Shown: positions 1 to 10,711, counted from the stretch's first letter. The stretch is 32,000 nt of DNA from Candidatus Saccharimonadota bacterium (GCF_936981045.1 NZ_OW441264.1:210001-242000); one strand, 5' to 3'. The notes: generated by a model not told the origin, from the letters alone. Made by a program: numbers and translations.

Positions 1-37
1 TTTGCTAGTTTTGGAGCGATCGAGTGGGTACGATTAA
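1..37 (+). CDS. rpsJ: 30S ribosomal protein S10, 3' end (partial, starts outside the window)
   Basis: Frame 2 reads ..LLVLERSSGYD* with a stop at 35-37. This resembles the S10 C-terminal L-x-L-(D/E)-x-x-S-G-(V/Y) region, and it lies directly upstream of rplC as in S10 operons. Confidence 0.45.
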   Translation, partial: LLVLERSSGYD

Positions 38-44
38 TGTTTAA

Positions 45-680
45 GTGATGATTGGAATCATAGGAAAGAAGATTGGGATGACCAGTCTTTATGATAGTAA
101 AGGTCAAAAGAAGGCATGTACCGTTATTCAAGGAGGTCCTTGTGTGGTGACACAGCTTAGAACAAAACCTATAGATGGGTATCAGGCGGTTCAGTTGTCT
201 TATGGCCATAAAAAAGAAAAGAATACGGTTAAGCCCCTTATAGGCCACTTTGCCAAAGCTGCTACTACCCCCAAGCGAAAACAAGTTGAGTTTAGGTGTG
301 ATGATGAGGAGTTGTTCCAGCAGATGGTATTGGGTCAGGTGATGCGTATAGAAGATGTTTTTCAGGAGGGTGAGTTTATAGATGTGGTGGGCACATCCAA
401 GGGTAAGGGCTTCCAAGGTGTTGTAAAGCGACATGGTTTTAGTGGGGTAGGCGGACGTTCCCATGGTCAACACAATCGAGAAAGGGCACCCGGTTCTGTT
501 GGTGCGGCTTCTTTTCCATCCCGTGTATTCAAGGGAATGCGTATGGCTGGAAGAACAGGTGGCCATAGGGTTAAAGTGGCAAACCTTCAAGTGATCAAGG
601 TGTTGCCAGAAAAAGATCTGATCGTACTCCATGGAGCAGTCCCTGGTGCAAATAATGGTTATGTAATTTTGGAGAAGTAA
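45..680 (+). CDS. rplC: 50S ribosomal protein L3
   Basis: N-terminus (M)[16 protein letters not shown] and the internal [14 protein letters not shown] motif are typical of L3. The GTG at 45 or the ATG at 48 are both possible starts. Confidence 0.97.
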   Translation: MMIGIIGKKIGMTSLYDSKGQKKACTVIQGGPCVVTQLRTKPIDGYQAVQLSYGHKKEKNTVKPLIGHFAKAATTPKRKQVEFRCDDEELFQQMVLGQVMRIEDVFQEGEFIDVVGTSKGKGFQGVVKRHGFSGVGGRSHGQHNRERAPGSVGAASFPSRVFKGMRMAGRTGGHRVKVANLQVIKVLPEKDLIVLHGAVPGANNGYVILEK

Positions 681-681
681 A

Positions 682-1311
682 ATGAACCTATCAGTATTAA
701 AATATACAGGGGAAGAGGCGGGTCGTTCTATTGTATTGCCAGAGGAGGTTTTTGGTATTGAACCAAATGATCATGCTGTTTATCTGGATGTAAAGTCTAT
801 TCTGGCCGGTCAGCGTCAAGGGACCCATCAGGCAAAGGAGCGTGGTGCAGTAAGTGGTTCTAGAAGAAAAATTAAGAGACAAAAAGGTACAGGTACGGCT
901 AGGGCTGGTGACATCAAGTCGCCTCTGTTCAGAGGAGGAGGTCGTATTTTTGGTCCAAAACCAAGGGATTATAGTTTTAAATTGAATCGTAAGGTAAAAA
1001 AATTAGCCAGAAAATCTGCATTTACCTATAAAGCTAAGGCAAACCATATCTCCATTTTAGAGCCCTTTTCTTTTGATGCACCAAAAACAAAAAATTACTT
1101 AGGCATGCTACAAAACTTGTCTTTTTTTGATGAAAAGACATTATTGATCTTACCCAACGCAGACAAAAATATTGTGCTATCCAGTAGAAATATCAAGCAA
1201 ACAAAGGTGCTTTGTGTGGATCACGTCAATACCTATGACCTGTTGCATGCAAAAAAATTGTTGATTATGGAGAATGCAATAGCACCTATAGTAGAAAAAT
1301 TGACTCAATAA
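682..1311 (+). CDS. rplD: 50S ribosomal protein L4
   Basis: 209 aa containing KRQKGTGTARAGDIKSPLFRGGGRIFGPKPRDY (L4 signature). It follows rplC with a 1-nt gap. Confidence 0.97.
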   Translation: MNLSVLKYTGEEAGRSIVLPEEVFGIEPNDHAVYLDVKSILAGQRQGTHQAKERGAVSGSRRKIKRQKGTGTARAGDIKSPLFRGGGRIFGPKPRDYSFKLNRKVKKLARKSAFTYKAKANHISILEPFSFDAPKTKNYLGMLQNLSFFDEKTLLILPNADKNIVLSSRNIKQTKVLCVDHVNTYDLLHAKKLLIMENAIAPIVEKLTQ

Positions 1312-1314
1312 CAG

Positions 1315-1602
1315 ATGAGCATCCTAAAGAAACCTTTGGTAACCGAAAAAGTATCGGCACTTAATAAGTATGGTGTGTATGGTCTAATTGTAGATAGTCG
1401 TGTAGATAAGCACCAGATACGAAAAGAAATCGAACGCTTTTATGGCGTTACAGTGGATAAAATTAATACCATGCGTTATGCTGGTAAACCCATAACGCGG
1501 TATACCAAGTCCTGCGTAATGAAAGGGAAAAGGCCTTCCTATAAGAAAGTACTTGTAACGCTTAAGGCAGGGGATGTTATAGATTTTTATAGTAATTTCT
1601 AA
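1315..1602 (+). CDS. rplW: 50S ribosomal protein L23
   Basis: 95 aa starting ILKKPLVTEKVS.., with a KKVLVTLKAGDVIDF tail. Operon position is between L4 and L2. Confidence 0.95.
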   Translation: MSILKKPLVTEKVSALNKYGVYGLIVDSRVDKHQIRKEIERFYGVTVDKINTMRYAGKPITRYTKSCVMKGKRPSYKKVLVTLKAGDVIDFYSNF

Positions 1603-1642
1603 CCTTTTGCATTGAATTTTATAGCTGTTAGTTGATCTAGTT

Positions 1643-2470
1643 ATGCCATTAAAGAAACTTAATCCAACCACCCCCGGTCAGCGTTTTAGAATAGCGCCAG
1701 ATTTTTCTACCGTTATTACGGCTCGTAAACCGGAGAAGTCACTCTTAGTGAAGACCAAGCGCACAGGTGGTCGGAATAATCGAGGTAGAATCACCGTTCC
1801 GCATAGAGGGGGTGGACATAAGCGCCGTGCCCGTCTTATTGATTTCAAGAGAAGGAAATTTGGTATTCTTGCATTTGTGCACGCTATTGAGTATGATCCT
1901 ATGCGTACGGCATACATAGCCCTATTGCATTATGTAGATGGTGAAAAAAGCTACATTATAGCACCGGAAGGGCTTAAGGTTGGGGCTAAGGTTGTAGCAG
2001 GTTCAGATGTCCCAATAGATTTAGGAAATGCTATGGAAATGAAGGATATTCCATTGGGAACGATTATTCATAATATTGAGCTAGCACCTGGGCGTGGCGC
2101 TGCACTAGCCAGAAGTGCTGGGTCTTATGCGCAGCTGCTTTCTAAAAGTGGCAAGTATGTGGCCATTAAATTGCCTTCTGGTGAAAGGCGTTTGGTATTG
2201 GGCCATTGCATGGCTACTATTGGATCTGTTTCCAATAGTGACCATGATAATGTTACCATTGCTAAAGCAGGCAGAAGCCGTTGGCTCGGTAAAAGGCCGC
2301 GTGTCCGGGCAGTTGTAATGAACCCTGTTGATCACCCAATGGGTGGTGGCGAAGGCAAGGCCTCTGGAGGTCATCCTAGGTCTGTTAGAGGGTTATATAC
2401 AAAAGGTAAAAAGACCCGAAATCGCAATAAATATTCTGCTAGACTGATCATTAGTAAAAAGAAAAAATAA
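1643..2470 (+). CDS. rplB: 50S ribosomal protein L2
   Basis: 275 aa with [19 protein letters not shown] and [13 protein letters not shown] motifs. Confidence 0.98.
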   Translation: MPLKKLNPTTPGQRFRIAPDFSTVITARKPEKSLLVKTKRTGGRNNRGRITVPHRGGGHKRRARLIDFKRRKFGILAFVHAIEYDPMRTAYIALLHYVDGEKSYIIAPEGLKVGAKVVAGSDVPIDLGNAMEMKDIPLGTIIHNIELAPGRGAALARSAGSYAQLLSKSGKYVAIKLPSGERRLVLGHCMATIGSVSNSDHDNVTIAKAGRSRWLGKRPRVRAVVMNPVDHPMGGGEGKASGGHPRSVRGLYTKGKKTRNRNKYSARLIISKKKK

Positions 2471-2736
2471 TGGGTAGATCTATAAAAAAGGGACCCTATG
2501 TGGCGCATCATCTACAACGTAAGATAGATATACTCAATCAATCCGGTAAGAAAACGGTAGTTAAAACCTGGTCTAGGCGGTCAACCATTACGCCAGATTT
2601 TGTAGGCCATACCCTTGCGGTGCACAATGGTCATAAGTTTATTCCTGTTTTTATTACAGAATCAATGGTAAGTCATAAGGTAGGTGAGTTTGCCTTATCA
2701 AGAAATTTTAAAGGCCATACGTCTAAAAAAAGATAA
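2470..2736 (+). CDS. rpsS: 30S ribosomal protein S19
   Basis: 88 aa starting [11 protein letters not shown] and containing [29 protein letters not shown]. The start overlaps the rplB stop codon (TAATG). Confidence 0.97.
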   Translation: MGRSIKKGPYVAHHLQRKIDILNQSGKKTVVKTWSRRSTITPDFVGHTLAVHNGHKFIPVFITESMVSHKVGEFALSRNFKGHTSKKR

Positions 2737-2744
2737 TTTGAACT

Positions 2745-3131
2745 ATGGAGGCAACTGCAAAGTTAAGAAAACTACCTATATCTGCGCGTAAGATGGGGCG
2801 ATTGGTGGCGCTTATTAGAGGTAAAGGCGTGGTTACATCATTAGCTATTTTACAGAGCAAGCCACAGCAGGCTGCTGTTCAACTTAAAAAACTCTTGCTT
2901 TCTGCTATTTCAAACTGGCAGAATCATAATGGAGTGGATTTGGAAGAGGTGCCAATTTTTATAAAAAAGATAACCGTGGATAGGGCAGGTATGCTCAAAA
3001 GAATTATGCCCGCACCAAGAGGTGTAGCGCATAGAATTAGAAAAAGATCTAGTCATGTTGTTATTGTGGTAGATAGCGCAACCAATTTTGCTGCTGTCCC
3101 GCGTGAGATCGTTTCAAGTACAACTACCTAG
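2745..3131 (+). CDS. rplV: 50S ribosomal protein L22
   Basis: 128 aa with EATAKLRKLPISARKMGRLVALIRGK and ITVDRAGMLKRIMPAPRGVAHRIRKRSSHV. Confidence 0.96.
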   Translation: MEATAKLRKLPISARKMGRLVALIRGKGVVTSLAILQSKPQQAAVQLKKLLLSAISNWQNHNGVDLEEVPIFIKKITVDRAGMLKRIMPAPRGVAHRIRKRSSHVVIVVDSATNFAAVPREIVSSTTT

Positions 3132-3158
3132 CCACACTATAGATGAAATAATACTACA

Positions 3159-3863
3159 ATGGGTCAAAAAGTTAATCCCGTCGGCTTTAGAGTTGGGTTT
3201 ATCCGAAAGCCAGATTCTAGTTGGTTTGCATCAAAAGCCTCCTATGCAGAAAAGTTAATGGAGGATGAAAAAATACGGGTCTATCTAGATGCTCGAATGG
3301 CTAAAGCCAGCGTTGCTAGAATTCTTATAGAACGTGCGGGCAAAAAAATTACCGTTACCATTCGAACCGCTCGCCCAGGCATTGTGATTGGCAAGTCGGG
3401 AGCGGAAGTCGATAAGGTAAAAGAGGAGCTCAAAAAGCTCACTAAAAAACAAGTTGCACTCAATATTGTTGAGGTAAAAAGACCAGATTTGGAAGCTAGG
3501 TTGGTTGCCTTGCAAATTGCACAACAGATTAGAGGTCGTATGCCTTATAAGCGCGTGGTGAAGCAGTCTATAGCTGCAGTGATCCGTGCCGGTGCGCAAG
3601 GTGTTAAGATGAAGGTTTCCGGTAGATTAGATGGTGCTGAAATGGCTAGGTCAGAAGCGTTTAAAGAGGGTTCTGTGCCGCTCCATACGCTTCGTAACGA
3701 TATGGATTATGCGGCCGTTGAAGCCCATACCATTTATGGTAGAATAGGTATTAAAGTTTGGATTTCTAAAGGTGATGTTGCGGTCCATCGTGCACAACGT
3801 TCAGCAAGCAAAGCAAATAGGATAGCAGAGAAAGCCATCGCGCCTTCTAGAGAACGGAAATAG
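3159..3863 (+). CDS. rpsC: 30S ribosomal protein S3
   Basis: 234 aa starting MGQKVNPVGFRVG, with a KH domain (ARPGIVIGKSGAEV) and GRLDGAEMARSE. Confidence 0.98.
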   Translation: MGQKVNPVGFRVGFIRKPDSSWFASKASYAEKLMEDEKIRVYLDARMAKASVARILIERAGKKITVTIRTARPGIVIGKSGAEVDKVKEELKKLTKKQVALNIVEVKRPDLEARLVALQIAQQIRGRMPYKRVVKQSIAAVIRAGAQGVKMKVSGRLDGAEMARSEAFKEGSVPLHTLRNDMDYAAVEAHTIYGRIGIKVWISKGDVAVHRAQRSASKANRIAEKAIAPSRERK

Positions 3864-3910
3864 CTAGATGCCCCTTACCATGATGTTAACTTTTGTATTA
3901 AATCACTAAA

Positions 3911-4336
3911 ATGTTACAACCAAAAAGAGTACGTTACAGAAAAACGCAGAAGGGGAGAATAAAGGGCTTATCTATGAAGGGAAATTCATTAGAATTTGGT
4001 ACCTTTGGGCTGAAGGCCCTAGAACCTTCCTATATTACTGCTCGGCAAATTGAAGCCATGCGTATTGCCATTACAAGAGAAATGAAACGGCAAGGGCAGG
4101 TTTGGAGTAGAATCTTTCCAGATAAACCCCTAACCAAAAAACCAGCTGAAGTAAGGATGGGTAAGGGTAAAGGTGCGCCAGATTGTTTTGTAGCGGTTGT
4201 TAAGCCTGGTAGAATTCTCTTTGAGTTAGATGGTGTTACTAGGGAAGTAGCAGAACGTGCCATGCGTCTTGCCATCCATAAGTTACCTATTAAGGCAAAT
4301 TTCGTAGTCCGAAGGGATTATCATCCAGCTGCATAG
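3911..4336 (+). CDS. rplP: 50S ribosomal protein L16
   Basis: 141 aa starting [15 protein letters not shown], with [10 protein letters not shown]. Confidence 0.97.
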   Translation: MLQPKRVRYRKTQKGRIKGLSMKGNSLEFGTFGLKALEPSYITARQIEAMRIAITREMKRQGQVWSRIFPDKPLTKKPAEVRMGKGKGAPDCFVAVVKPGRILFELDGVTREVAERAMRLAIHKLPIKANFVVRRDYHPAA

Positions 4337-4417
4337 GTTCGATGGGTCGCATGGCATGTAAGGTGGTTTGCCTATGGCTAGGTGCTATATTAGGTGGATG
4401 TTCAATAAGTTTTTAAA

Positions 4418-4621
4418 ATGAAGTACAAAGAGATTCAGTTGCTTTCTTCTCAAGAACGCAACGATAAGTTAAAGGAAACGTTGGATTATTTAGTAAAGCT
4501 AAGGTTTGCCCATTTGGTCTCTCCCATTGAGAATCCTATGAAAATTAGGGGAACAAGAAAATGTATTGCAAGACTAAAAACAGCTCGGAATAGTTGCCTG
4601 AAGCAACCATTAGAATTGTAA
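4418..4621 (+). CDS. rpmC: 50S ribosomal protein L29
   Basis: 67 aa starting [18 protein letters not shown].. and containing [28 protein letters not shown]. Operon position is between L16 and S17. Confidence 0.9.
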   Translation: MKYKEIQLLSSQERNDKLKETLDYLVKLRFAHLVSPIENPMKIRGTRKCIARLKTARNSCLKQPLEL

Positions 4622-4626
4622 TCACC

Positions 4627-4881
4627 ATGCTGAGAAATAGAAGAAAAGAAAAGGTAGGAAGGGTCATCAGTAGCAAGTCCTATAAGACCATAACCGTTGT
4701 CATGGATACCAAGGCCATACACTCCGTATATGGTAAGTTTGTCAAAACGGCCACCAAGTTTATGGCACATGACGAGGAAAATACTTGTAGTATTGGTGAT
4801 CTGGTGAGAATTATGGAAACGCGTCCTTTAAGTAAAAAGAAGCGATGGAGGCTGGTTGAAATCATAGAAAGAGCTAAATAA
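4627..4881 (+). CDS. rpsQ: 30S ribosomal protein S17
   Basis: The ORF track extends upstream to 4594. The ATG at 4627 gives [24 protein letters not shown].., a canonical S17 N-terminus, and avoids overlap with rpmC. Confidence 0.93.
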   Translation: MLRNRRKEKVGRVISSKSYKTITVVMDTKAIHSVYGKFVKTATKFMAHDEENTCSIGDLVRIMETRPLSKKKRWRLVEIIERAK

Positions 4882-4884
4882 AAG

Positions 4885-5253
4885 ATGATACAACAGGAAT
4901 CAATACTAAAAGTAGTCGATAATAGTGGCGCAAAGACAGCCCTGTGTATTCGCGTGTTGGGTGGAACGCGTAGGCGGTATGCCCATGTTGGTGATAAAAT
5001 TGTAGTAACCGTAAAGACGGCTAACCCTTCTAGTGCGCTTAAAAAGGGCACCATTTCTAAAGCTGTGGTGGTTCGTACTCGAAAGGAAGTAAAGCGTAAA
5101 GATGGTTCTTATATTCGCTTTCAGGATAATGCTATTGTGTTAATTGAAAACAACAATGAGCCCAAAGGCACAGGTGTTTTTGGGCCAGTTGCTCGAGAAG
5201 TTCGAGATAAAAAGTTTATGAAAATAGCTTCTTTAGCTGATGAAGTACTATAA
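4885..5253 (+). CDS. rplN: 50S ribosomal protein L14
   Basis: 122 aa starting [17 protein letters not shown], with ..[11 protein letters not shown].. and [19 protein letters not shown]. Confidence 0.98.
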   Translation: MIQQESILKVVDNSGAKTALCIRVLGGTRRRYAHVGDKIVVTVKTANPSSALKKGTISKAVVVRTRKEVKRKDGSYIRFQDNAIVLIENNNEPKGTGVFGPVAREVRDKKFMKIASLADEVL

Positions 5254-5256
5254 AGC

Positions 5257-5604
5257 ATGAAGAAAACAATAAAAAAGAATCTCAAGATTCACATTCGAAC
5301 AGGGGATCGCGTAAAGATTTTGGCAGGCAAACATAGAAATGAACAGGGGACTGTTGTAAAAGTATTTCCCAAAGCATACCGTGCCATTGTCGAAGGTATG
5401 AACATAGTCCTCAGACATGTAAAGCCTTCTCCTGAACGTCCTACGGGAGTCATTCAGAAGCAACCGTCTCCTATTCATATCAGTAATCTCATGTTAATTG
5501 ATCCAATAAGTGGGGGCGCTACTCGTGTGGGAAGAAAGCATAATGCATCCGGTAAGCTCCAGCGGTATGCTAAAAAAACAGGAAATTTCATACAAAATGT
5601 TTAA
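5257..5604 (+). CDS. rplX: 50S ribosomal protein L24
   Basis: 115 aa with the KOW motif [24 protein letters not shown]. Operon position matches. Confidence 0.94.
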   Translation: MKKTIKKNLKIHIRTGDRVKILAGKHRNEQGTVVKVFPKAYRAIVEGMNIVLRHVKPSPERPTGVIQKQPSPIHISNLMLIDPISGGATRVGRKHNASGKLQRYAKKTGNFIQNV

Positions 5605-6151
5605 GCCTAGATTACAAGAAAAGTATTTTTCAAAAGTTATTCCCTCGCTCAAAGATCTATTTGGGTATAAATCTCCTATGCAAGTCCCTAGATTACAGAA
5701 GATATGTATTAATCAAGGATTAGGTGATGGTGTATCCAATAAAAAATTAATCCAGCTTGGGTTAGAAGAGTTAACCGCGATTACTGGGCAATGTGCGGTA
5801 CCTACCCGTGCCAAAAAATCAGTTTCTAATTTTAAGCTTAGAGTAGGTATGCCTATTGGTGTAAAAGTTACTTTGCGTGGCAAGCTTATGTATGAATTCC
5901 TGGATCGCTTGATATCCATTGCACTGCCCAGAATTAGAAATTTTTGGGGGATACGCACCACTGGATTTGATGGAAAGGGTAACTACAATGTAGGGATTCA
6001 GGAACAAATCATATTCCCAGAAATTAGCATTGATAAAGTCATTAAGATCAATGGTATGAATATAACTTTTGTTACAACTGCCCAAGACAATGAAGCCGCA
6101 TTTCAGCTCTTGAAAGCTTTGGGAATGCCCTTTAATGTGGAGCAAGATTAA
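5597..6151 (+). CDS. rplE: 50S ribosomal protein L5
   Basis: The ORF runs from 5510, but the internal ATG at 5597 gives [36 protein letters not shown], a canonical L5 N-terminus. That start overlaps the rplX stop by 8 nt (ATGTTTAA). Confidence 0.95.
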   Translation: MFKPRLQEKYFSKVIPSLKDLFGYKSPMQVPRLQKICINQGLGDGVSNKKLIQLGLEELTAITGQCAVPTRAKKSVSNFKLRVGMPIGVKVTLRGKLMYEFLDRLISIALPRIRNFWGIRTTGFDGKGNYNVGIQEQIIFPEISIDKVIKINGMNITFVTTAQDNEAAFQLLKALGMPFNVEQD

Positions 6152-6162
6152 TTTAAAAAGTT

Positions 6163-6432
6163 ATGGCAAAAGAATCCGTCAAAGCAAGAGATAGGAAAAG
6201 AAGGTATTTGGCAGCCAAATATGCTGCTAAAAGGGTTGCATTAAAGAAACAGGGTAACTATATAGCACTCGATAAACTTCCTAAGAATGCCTCTCCGGTT
6301 AGATTGCGCAACAGGTGCAATGTAACGGGTAGAGCACGTGGATATATCAGAAAATTTGGTGTCTCTCGACTGGTCTTTAGACAGTGGGCTTTAGAGGGAA
6401 AGTTACCAGGTATACGGAAAGCAAGTTGGTAG
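6163..6432 (+). CDS. rpsN: 30S ribosomal protein S14 (long form, 89 aa)
   Basis: [14 protein letters not shown].., [43 protein letters not shown]. Confidence 0.96.
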   Translation: MAKESVKARDRKRRYLAAKYAAKRVALKKQGNYIALDKLPKNASPVRLRNRCNVTGRARGYIRKFGVSRLVFRQWALEGKLPGIRKASW

Positions 6433-6488
6433 TCATCTAACTATAAATGTGTATACCTATTTTTATTATTTGTTAATGTATAAGTACT

Positions 6489-6893
6489 ATGACTACAGAT
6501 CCAATAGCTGATTATCTTACTAGGATTAGAAATGCTATTCATGCCAGGCATAGCATTGTAGAAATCCCCGCTTCAAAAACCAAGACGAAGCTTACGGAGG
6601 TCTTGCAAGAAAAAGGATATATTCGAGGATATAAGGTGACCTCTAGGCCCAACAGCGTTCAGCCTATCATTAAAATTGCACTCAAGTATGATGCTTTTAC
6701 AAAGCAATCTGCTATTGTAAAGTTGAAACGTGTAAGTAAGCCAGGCTTGCGTAAATATGCCACTTTTGCTGCTATGCCCAGTGTCATTAATGGATTGGGT
6801 ATAGCCATATTGTCTACCTCCAAGGGCATTATGACAGACAAGGAAGCCCGTAAAATTCATGTTGGTGGTGAAGTGCTTTGTTATGTTTACTAA
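6489..6893 (+). CDS. rpsH: 30S ribosomal protein S8
   Basis: 134 aa starting MTTDPIADYLTRIRNA, ending ..GIAILSTSKGIMTDKEARKIHVGGEVLCYVY. Confidence 0.97.
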   Translation: MTTDPIADYLTRIRNAIHARHSIVEIPASKTKTKLTEVLQEKGYIRGYKVTSRPNSVQPIIKIALKYDAFTKQSAIVKLKRVSKPGLRKYATFAAMPSVINGLGIAILSTSKGIMTDKEARKIHVGGEVLCYVY

Positions 6894-6904
6894 AATTAGG
6901 AAAA

Positions 6905-7456
6905 ATGTCAAGAATAGGGAAGCAGCCCATTCATGTGCCACCAGGGGTTGTGGTAGAGGCAATGGATGGAGGGATTGTACAGGTTAAAGGTGTTAAAGGT
7001 GTGTTGCAACAGCGTGTTGATCCAACTATTATGGTTGAAGTTTCCGAAGGGTTGGTTAAGGTAGTACCAGTTGATCCTAAAAAGTTTAAAGCCTTTTATG
7101 GCCTTTATAGAGCTTTGATTCATAATATGGTGGTAGGCGTCAGTGTTGGGTTTAAGTGCACGTTAGAATTAGTAGGGGTTGGTTACAAAGCCAATGTCCA
7201 AGATAAATTGCTAGAGTTAAGTTTAGGCTATTCGCATGATATTGTTTTGGTTTTACCAGAAGAGATCGCTGCCACGACTGAGTTGCCTAAAGGCAAAAAT
7301 CCATTGGTTCATTTGGAATCTATGGATAAACAACTGCTTGGTCAGGTAGCTGCTAAAATTCGTTCTTTAAGAAAAGTTGAGCCTTACAAAGGTAAAGGTG
7401 TTAGATTCTTGGGTGAGCAAGTGCGACGTAAAGTCGGTAAATCTACTAAGAAGTAA
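6905..7456 (+). CDS. rplF: 50S ribosomal protein L6
   Basis: The ORF runs from 6878. The ATG at 6905 gives MSRIGKQPIHVPPGV, a canonical L6 start, and KVEPYKGKGVRF lies near the C-terminus. Confidence 0.95.
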   Translation: MSRIGKQPIHVPPGVVVEAMDGGIVQVKGVKGVLQQRVDPTIMVEVSEGLVKVVPVDPKKFKAFYGLYRALIHNMVVGVSVGFKCTLELVGVGYKANVQDKLLELSLGYSHDIVLVLPEEIAATTELPKGKNPLVHLESMDKQLLGQVAAKIRSLRKVEPYKGKGVRFLGEQVRRKVGKSTKK

Positions 7457-7505
7457 CATATCAATATATGTTTGAACTATTTGGTATTTCTATATAGTAG
7501 AAAAG

Positions 7506-7859
7506 ATGAAAGTGAAGGATAAAAAGGTAGAAAGGAGGCTTAAAGTTAGAAAAAGGATTAGAAAGCGTGTGCACGGCACATTGGCGCAGCCACGTCTCTC
7601 TCTTTTTAAGAGCAATACCTCCATGTATGCACAGCTTATTAATGATGACAAAGGAGAAACACTGCTCTCTTCTTCTCTAGGTAAGTTAAAGATTAGTAAA
7701 AATAATGTTTCGGGGGCATTGGTGTTAGGAAAAGCCATTGCTGAGCAAGCCCTAGCTAAGGGGATTGTAACCATTGTATTTGATCGTTCTGGCTATGTTT
7801 ACCATGGTAAGGTCAAAGCGTTGGCTGAAGGTGCTCGAGCACAAGGTCTTAAATTTTAG
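7506..7859 (+). CDS. rplR: 50S ribosomal protein L18
   Basis: 117 aa with [34 protein letters not shown] and [26 protein letters not shown]. Confidence 0.96.
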   Translation: MKVKDKKVERRLKVRKRIRKRVHGTLAQPRLSLFKSNTSMYAQLINDDKGETLLSSSLGKLKISKNNVSGALVLGKAIAEQALAKGIVTIVFDRSGYVYHGKVKALAEGARAQGLKF

Positions 7860-7864
7860 TCAAA

Positions 7865-8380
7865 ATGATATTAGGTGGTAAAAAACTCAAGGCCAGTGAC
7901 TATAATCTTGAAGAAAGGGTAGTGGCCATTAAGCGCGTTACCAAGGTGGTTGAAGGTGGTCGCAGGTTTAGTTCCGCTGTGGTGGTAGTAGTTGGAAATG
8001 GTGATGGCATTGTAGGTTATGGGCTTGGTAAGGCAAAAGAGTTAACAGATGCAATTGCTAAGGGGGTAGAAGAAGCCAAGCGTAATCTTGTCAAAGTCCC
8101 TATTTTACGTGGCACTATTCCCCATGGGGCAACTGGTAAATATGGTGGTGGAAATGTCCTGATTAAGCCAGCAGCCTCCGGTACCGGTGTGATTGCCGGT
8201 GGCGGCGTGCGTATTGTTTTAGAAAGTGTGGGTGTTAAAAACGTTTTGTCTAAGTCTCAAGGTTCTTCTAATCCGCACAATGTCGTCAAGGCGACTTTTA
8301 AGGCATTGTTGCAACTGCGTGATCCTGTGACCATTGCTAGGCAGCGTGGTATCTCTTTAGATAAAGTCTTTAATGGATAA
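7865..8380 (+). CDS. rpsE: 30S ribosomal protein S5
   Basis: 171 aa with [42 protein letters not shown] and [13 protein letters not shown]. Confidence 0.97.
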   Translation: MILGGKKLKASDYNLEERVVAIKRVTKVVEGGRRFSSAVVVVVGNGDGIVGYGLGKAKELTDAIAKGVEEAKRNLVKVPILRGTIPHGATGKYGGGNVLIKPAASGTGVIAGGGVRIVLESVGVKNVLSKSQGSSNPHNVVKATFKALLQLRDPVTIARQRGISLDKVFNG

Positions 8381-8387
8381 GGTTGTT

Positions 8388-8567
8388 ATGGAACAAATTA
8401 AAATTACTCAGGTACGTAGTTTAATAAAACGTTCTAAATCCCAAAAAGCTACCATTAAAGCACTTGGATTGGGGCGGATTAATAAGGGTATTGTCGTTGA
8501 AGTTACCCCTCAAATATTGGGTATGGTAAAAAAAGTCAACCACTTAGTAGTTACAGAAAAGATATAA
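8388..8567 (+). CDS. rpmD: 50S ribosomal protein L30
   Basis: MEQIKITQVRSLIKRSKSQKATIKALGLGRINK.. (59 aa from the ATG at 8388). The ORF also allows a start at 8373, which would overlap rpsE. Confidence 0.9.
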   Translation: MEQIKITQVRSLIKRSKSQKATIKALGLGRINKGIVVEVTPQILGMVKKVNHLVVTEKI

Positions 8568-8573
8568 TTGTTT

Positions 8574-9032
8574 ATGGAATTACATACACTTAAGCCAGCA
8601 ATAGGTGCTTTAAAGCATAAAAAGCGCATAGGTAGAGGGCAAGGTTCTGGTAAAGGTGGAACCGCTACTCGTGGTTATAATGGTGCACAGTCTAGATCTG
8701 GTTATAAAAGAAAGATTGGTTTTGAAGGGGGGCAGCAACCCTTGCAAAGGCGTATTCCTATGTATGGATTTAAATGTCCTAGTCGAATCGAGTTTACACC
8801 TTTGAATCTTTCTACTTTGCAAGTATTAGCCGAGAAGTATCAGGTTTCTTGTATCGATCATTTTTTCTTGATAAAGTATAACGTAATCGGGAAAAATGAA
8901 AAATACAAAATATTGGGAGATGGCGCATTAATCTTTAAGCTTTCTCTTGCTGCGCATCGTTGTTCAGCTGCTGCTTTACAAGCCATTCAAGATCTTGGAG
9001 GAGAAGTTAGTATATTGCCCATATATGAATAA
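8574..9032 (+). CDS. rplO: 50S ribosomal protein L15
   Basis: MELHTLKPAIGALKHKKRIGRGQGSGKGGTATRGYNGAQSRSG.. The ATG at 8574 is preferred over the TTG at 8568. Confidence 0.95.
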   Translation: MELHTLKPAIGALKHKKRIGRGQGSGKGGTATRGYNGAQSRSGYKRKIGFEGGQQPLQRRIPMYGFKCPSRIEFTPLNLSTLQVLAEKYQVSCIDHFFLIKYNVIGKNEKYKILGDGALIFKLSLAAHRCSAAALQAIQDLGGEVSILPIYE

Positions 9033-10317
9033 ACTATTTAAGGTTATTAAGGATATCTTTTTGATAAAAGAGCTTAGGATTCGTATAAGGAATACATTGT
9101 TCTTTTTGGTATTTTTCCGTATAGGAAGTATTATTGTTTTGCCGGGTATAGATGTAACGCAAATTTCTGGTAGCGCAAAGCGCGTATTTGGCTTGCTCGA
9201 TAGTTTTTTAGGCAGTTCTCTTAACCAGTTTTCTGTTTTTTCAGTCGGGGTTACCCCTTATATTTCCGCCTCTATTATCATGCAACTTTTGTCCATTGCT
9301 TGGCCCAAAATTCAAAAAATACAACGTGAAGGCGAAATGGGCAAACGTAAAATTGCGCAAATTTCTCGCGTACTTACTATTTTTATTGCTATATTTCAGT
9401 CTTTTCAATATTTATTTATTGCTACAGGTAGCGGAAATGTTTCCATAAGTCGCACTTTTTTTATTTTTATTTCTATTATTATTTTGACCGCAGGCGCCCT
9501 ATTTTGTATGTGGCTAGGAGAAAAAATTACAGATAAAGGTATTGGCAATGGTGTGACCATGTTAATAATGGTAGGTATTGTATCTGCTTTTCCCTCTGCC
9601 CTATACGAGGAAGCGGTCCACCGTGGTAGTAGGTCTATGTTTTTATTTGCATTGGAGTTATTCGTGTTGTTTTTAATTGTGCTTGCGCTAGTTGCTTTTA
9701 CACAAGCCACACGTAGGGTTCCCATTCAATATGCAAAGCAATTGAGTACCAGTACGATATATGGGGGGAAGCGTCAGTATATACCATTTAAGCTCAATAG
9801 TTCAGGTGTGATGCCCATTATATTTGCCAATCTTTTGATTGTTGCTATTTCATTTTTGTTAGGTCTTTGGAAAGATAAATTTCTTTGGTTGGCCTATATC
9901 AGTGGCATGTTGCAAGATTTTACCAGTTGGTTATTTAACCTTTTGTTTGCTTTTTTCATTATTGTTTTTACATTTTTTTATACCGCTATTACGGTCAATC
10001 CTGTTCAAATAGCAGAAGATATGAAGCGTTCGGGTAGTTTTATTCCTGGTATTACTTCTGGCAATGCAACCGCTCGTTTTTTAGATGGTGTGTTGGATAA
10101 GATAACCCTTCCAGCTGCTATTTTCTTGGGAGTTATTGCTGTTTTGCCTGCTTTTGCCTGTATGGCTGGTTTAAGTTCATCTTTTTCTAAGTTTTACGGA
10201 GGCACTTCTTTGTTAATTATGGTCAGTTCTATATTAGAAATCTTTCAACAAATTGAAAGTTACTTGTTAATGCGTCGATATGAAGTAATTATTAACAAAA
10301 GGGTTGGCGTGAAGTGA
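9025..10317 (+). CDS. secY: Preprotein translocase subunit SecY
   Basis: The ORF runs from 8947. The ATG at 9025 gives MNKLFKVIKDIFLIKELRIRIRNTLFFLVFFRIGSIIVLPGID, a SecY N-terminus. The protein is polytopic and hydrophobic with GEKITDKGIGNGVTMLI, and the start overlaps the rplO stop by 8 nt. Confidence 0.95.
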   Translation: MNKLFKVIKDIFLIKELRIRIRNTLFFLVFFRIGSIIVLPGIDVTQISGSAKRVFGLLDSFLGSSLNQFSVFSVGVTPYISASIIMQLLSIAWPKIQKIQREGEMGKRKIAQISRVLTIFIAIFQSFQYLFIATGSGNVSISRTFFIFISIIILTAGALFCMWLGEKITDKGIGNGVTMLIMVGIVSAFPSALYEEAVHRGSRSMFLFALELFVLFLIVLALVAFTQATRRVPIQYAKQLSTSTIYGGKRQYIPFKLNSSGVMPIIFANLLIVAISFLLGLWKDKFLWLAYISGMLQDFTSWLFNLLFAFFIIVFTFFYTAITVNPVQIAEDMKRSGSFIPGITSGNATARFLDGVLDKITLPAAIFLGVIAVLPAFACMAGLSSSFSKFYGGTSLLIMVSSILEIFQQIESYLLMRRYEVIINKRVGVK

Positions 10318-10472
10318 TTTTTTGAATCAAGTAGTAAGTACTGGGTATTCACAATAAATTTAGTATATTGGGCCTGGTTGGGTCTTTCTTTGTTATATGA
10401 TGATGGTGCGCATCAGAGCAGCGAGGACGGAAGTAACTAAAATTAAGATAAAGTAAAATTAGATAAAATAAT

Positions 10473-10700
10473 ATGGCTAAGATACCTCCTATTGAACAAG
10501 GTGGAATAGTACAAGAAGCATTACCAAATGCGGTATTTAAGGTTGCACTTAAAAACGGCCATATCGTTAGAGCTCATATTTCTGGGAAGATGCGTAAAAA
10601 CTATATTAGAATTCTTCCTGGTGATTCTGTTAGGATGGAGTTAACTCCTTATGATTTAACGCAAGCCAGGATAGTGCACAGATACAAAACAACCGAGTAG
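10473..10700 (+). CDS. infA: Translation initiation factor IF-1
   Basis: 75 aa with an S1-like fold: [60 protein letters not shown]. Confidence 0.96.
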   Translation: MAKIPPIEQGGIVQEALPNAVFKVALKNGHIVRAHISGKMRKNYIRILPGDSVRMELTPYDLTQARIVHRYKTTE

Positions 10701-10711
10701 TTACGCTAATT

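Noticed and set aside
697-9725. Many 60-130-aa ORFs antisense to or overlapping ribosomal protein genes and secY (e.g. 697-882, 1384-1671, 2105-2374, 3285-3599, 4680-5054, 5819-6145, 6573-6962, 9405-9725)
   Set aside because: Each is fully embedded in a confidently identified conserved gene on the other strand or frame. The translations have no motifs and are typical shadow ORFs.
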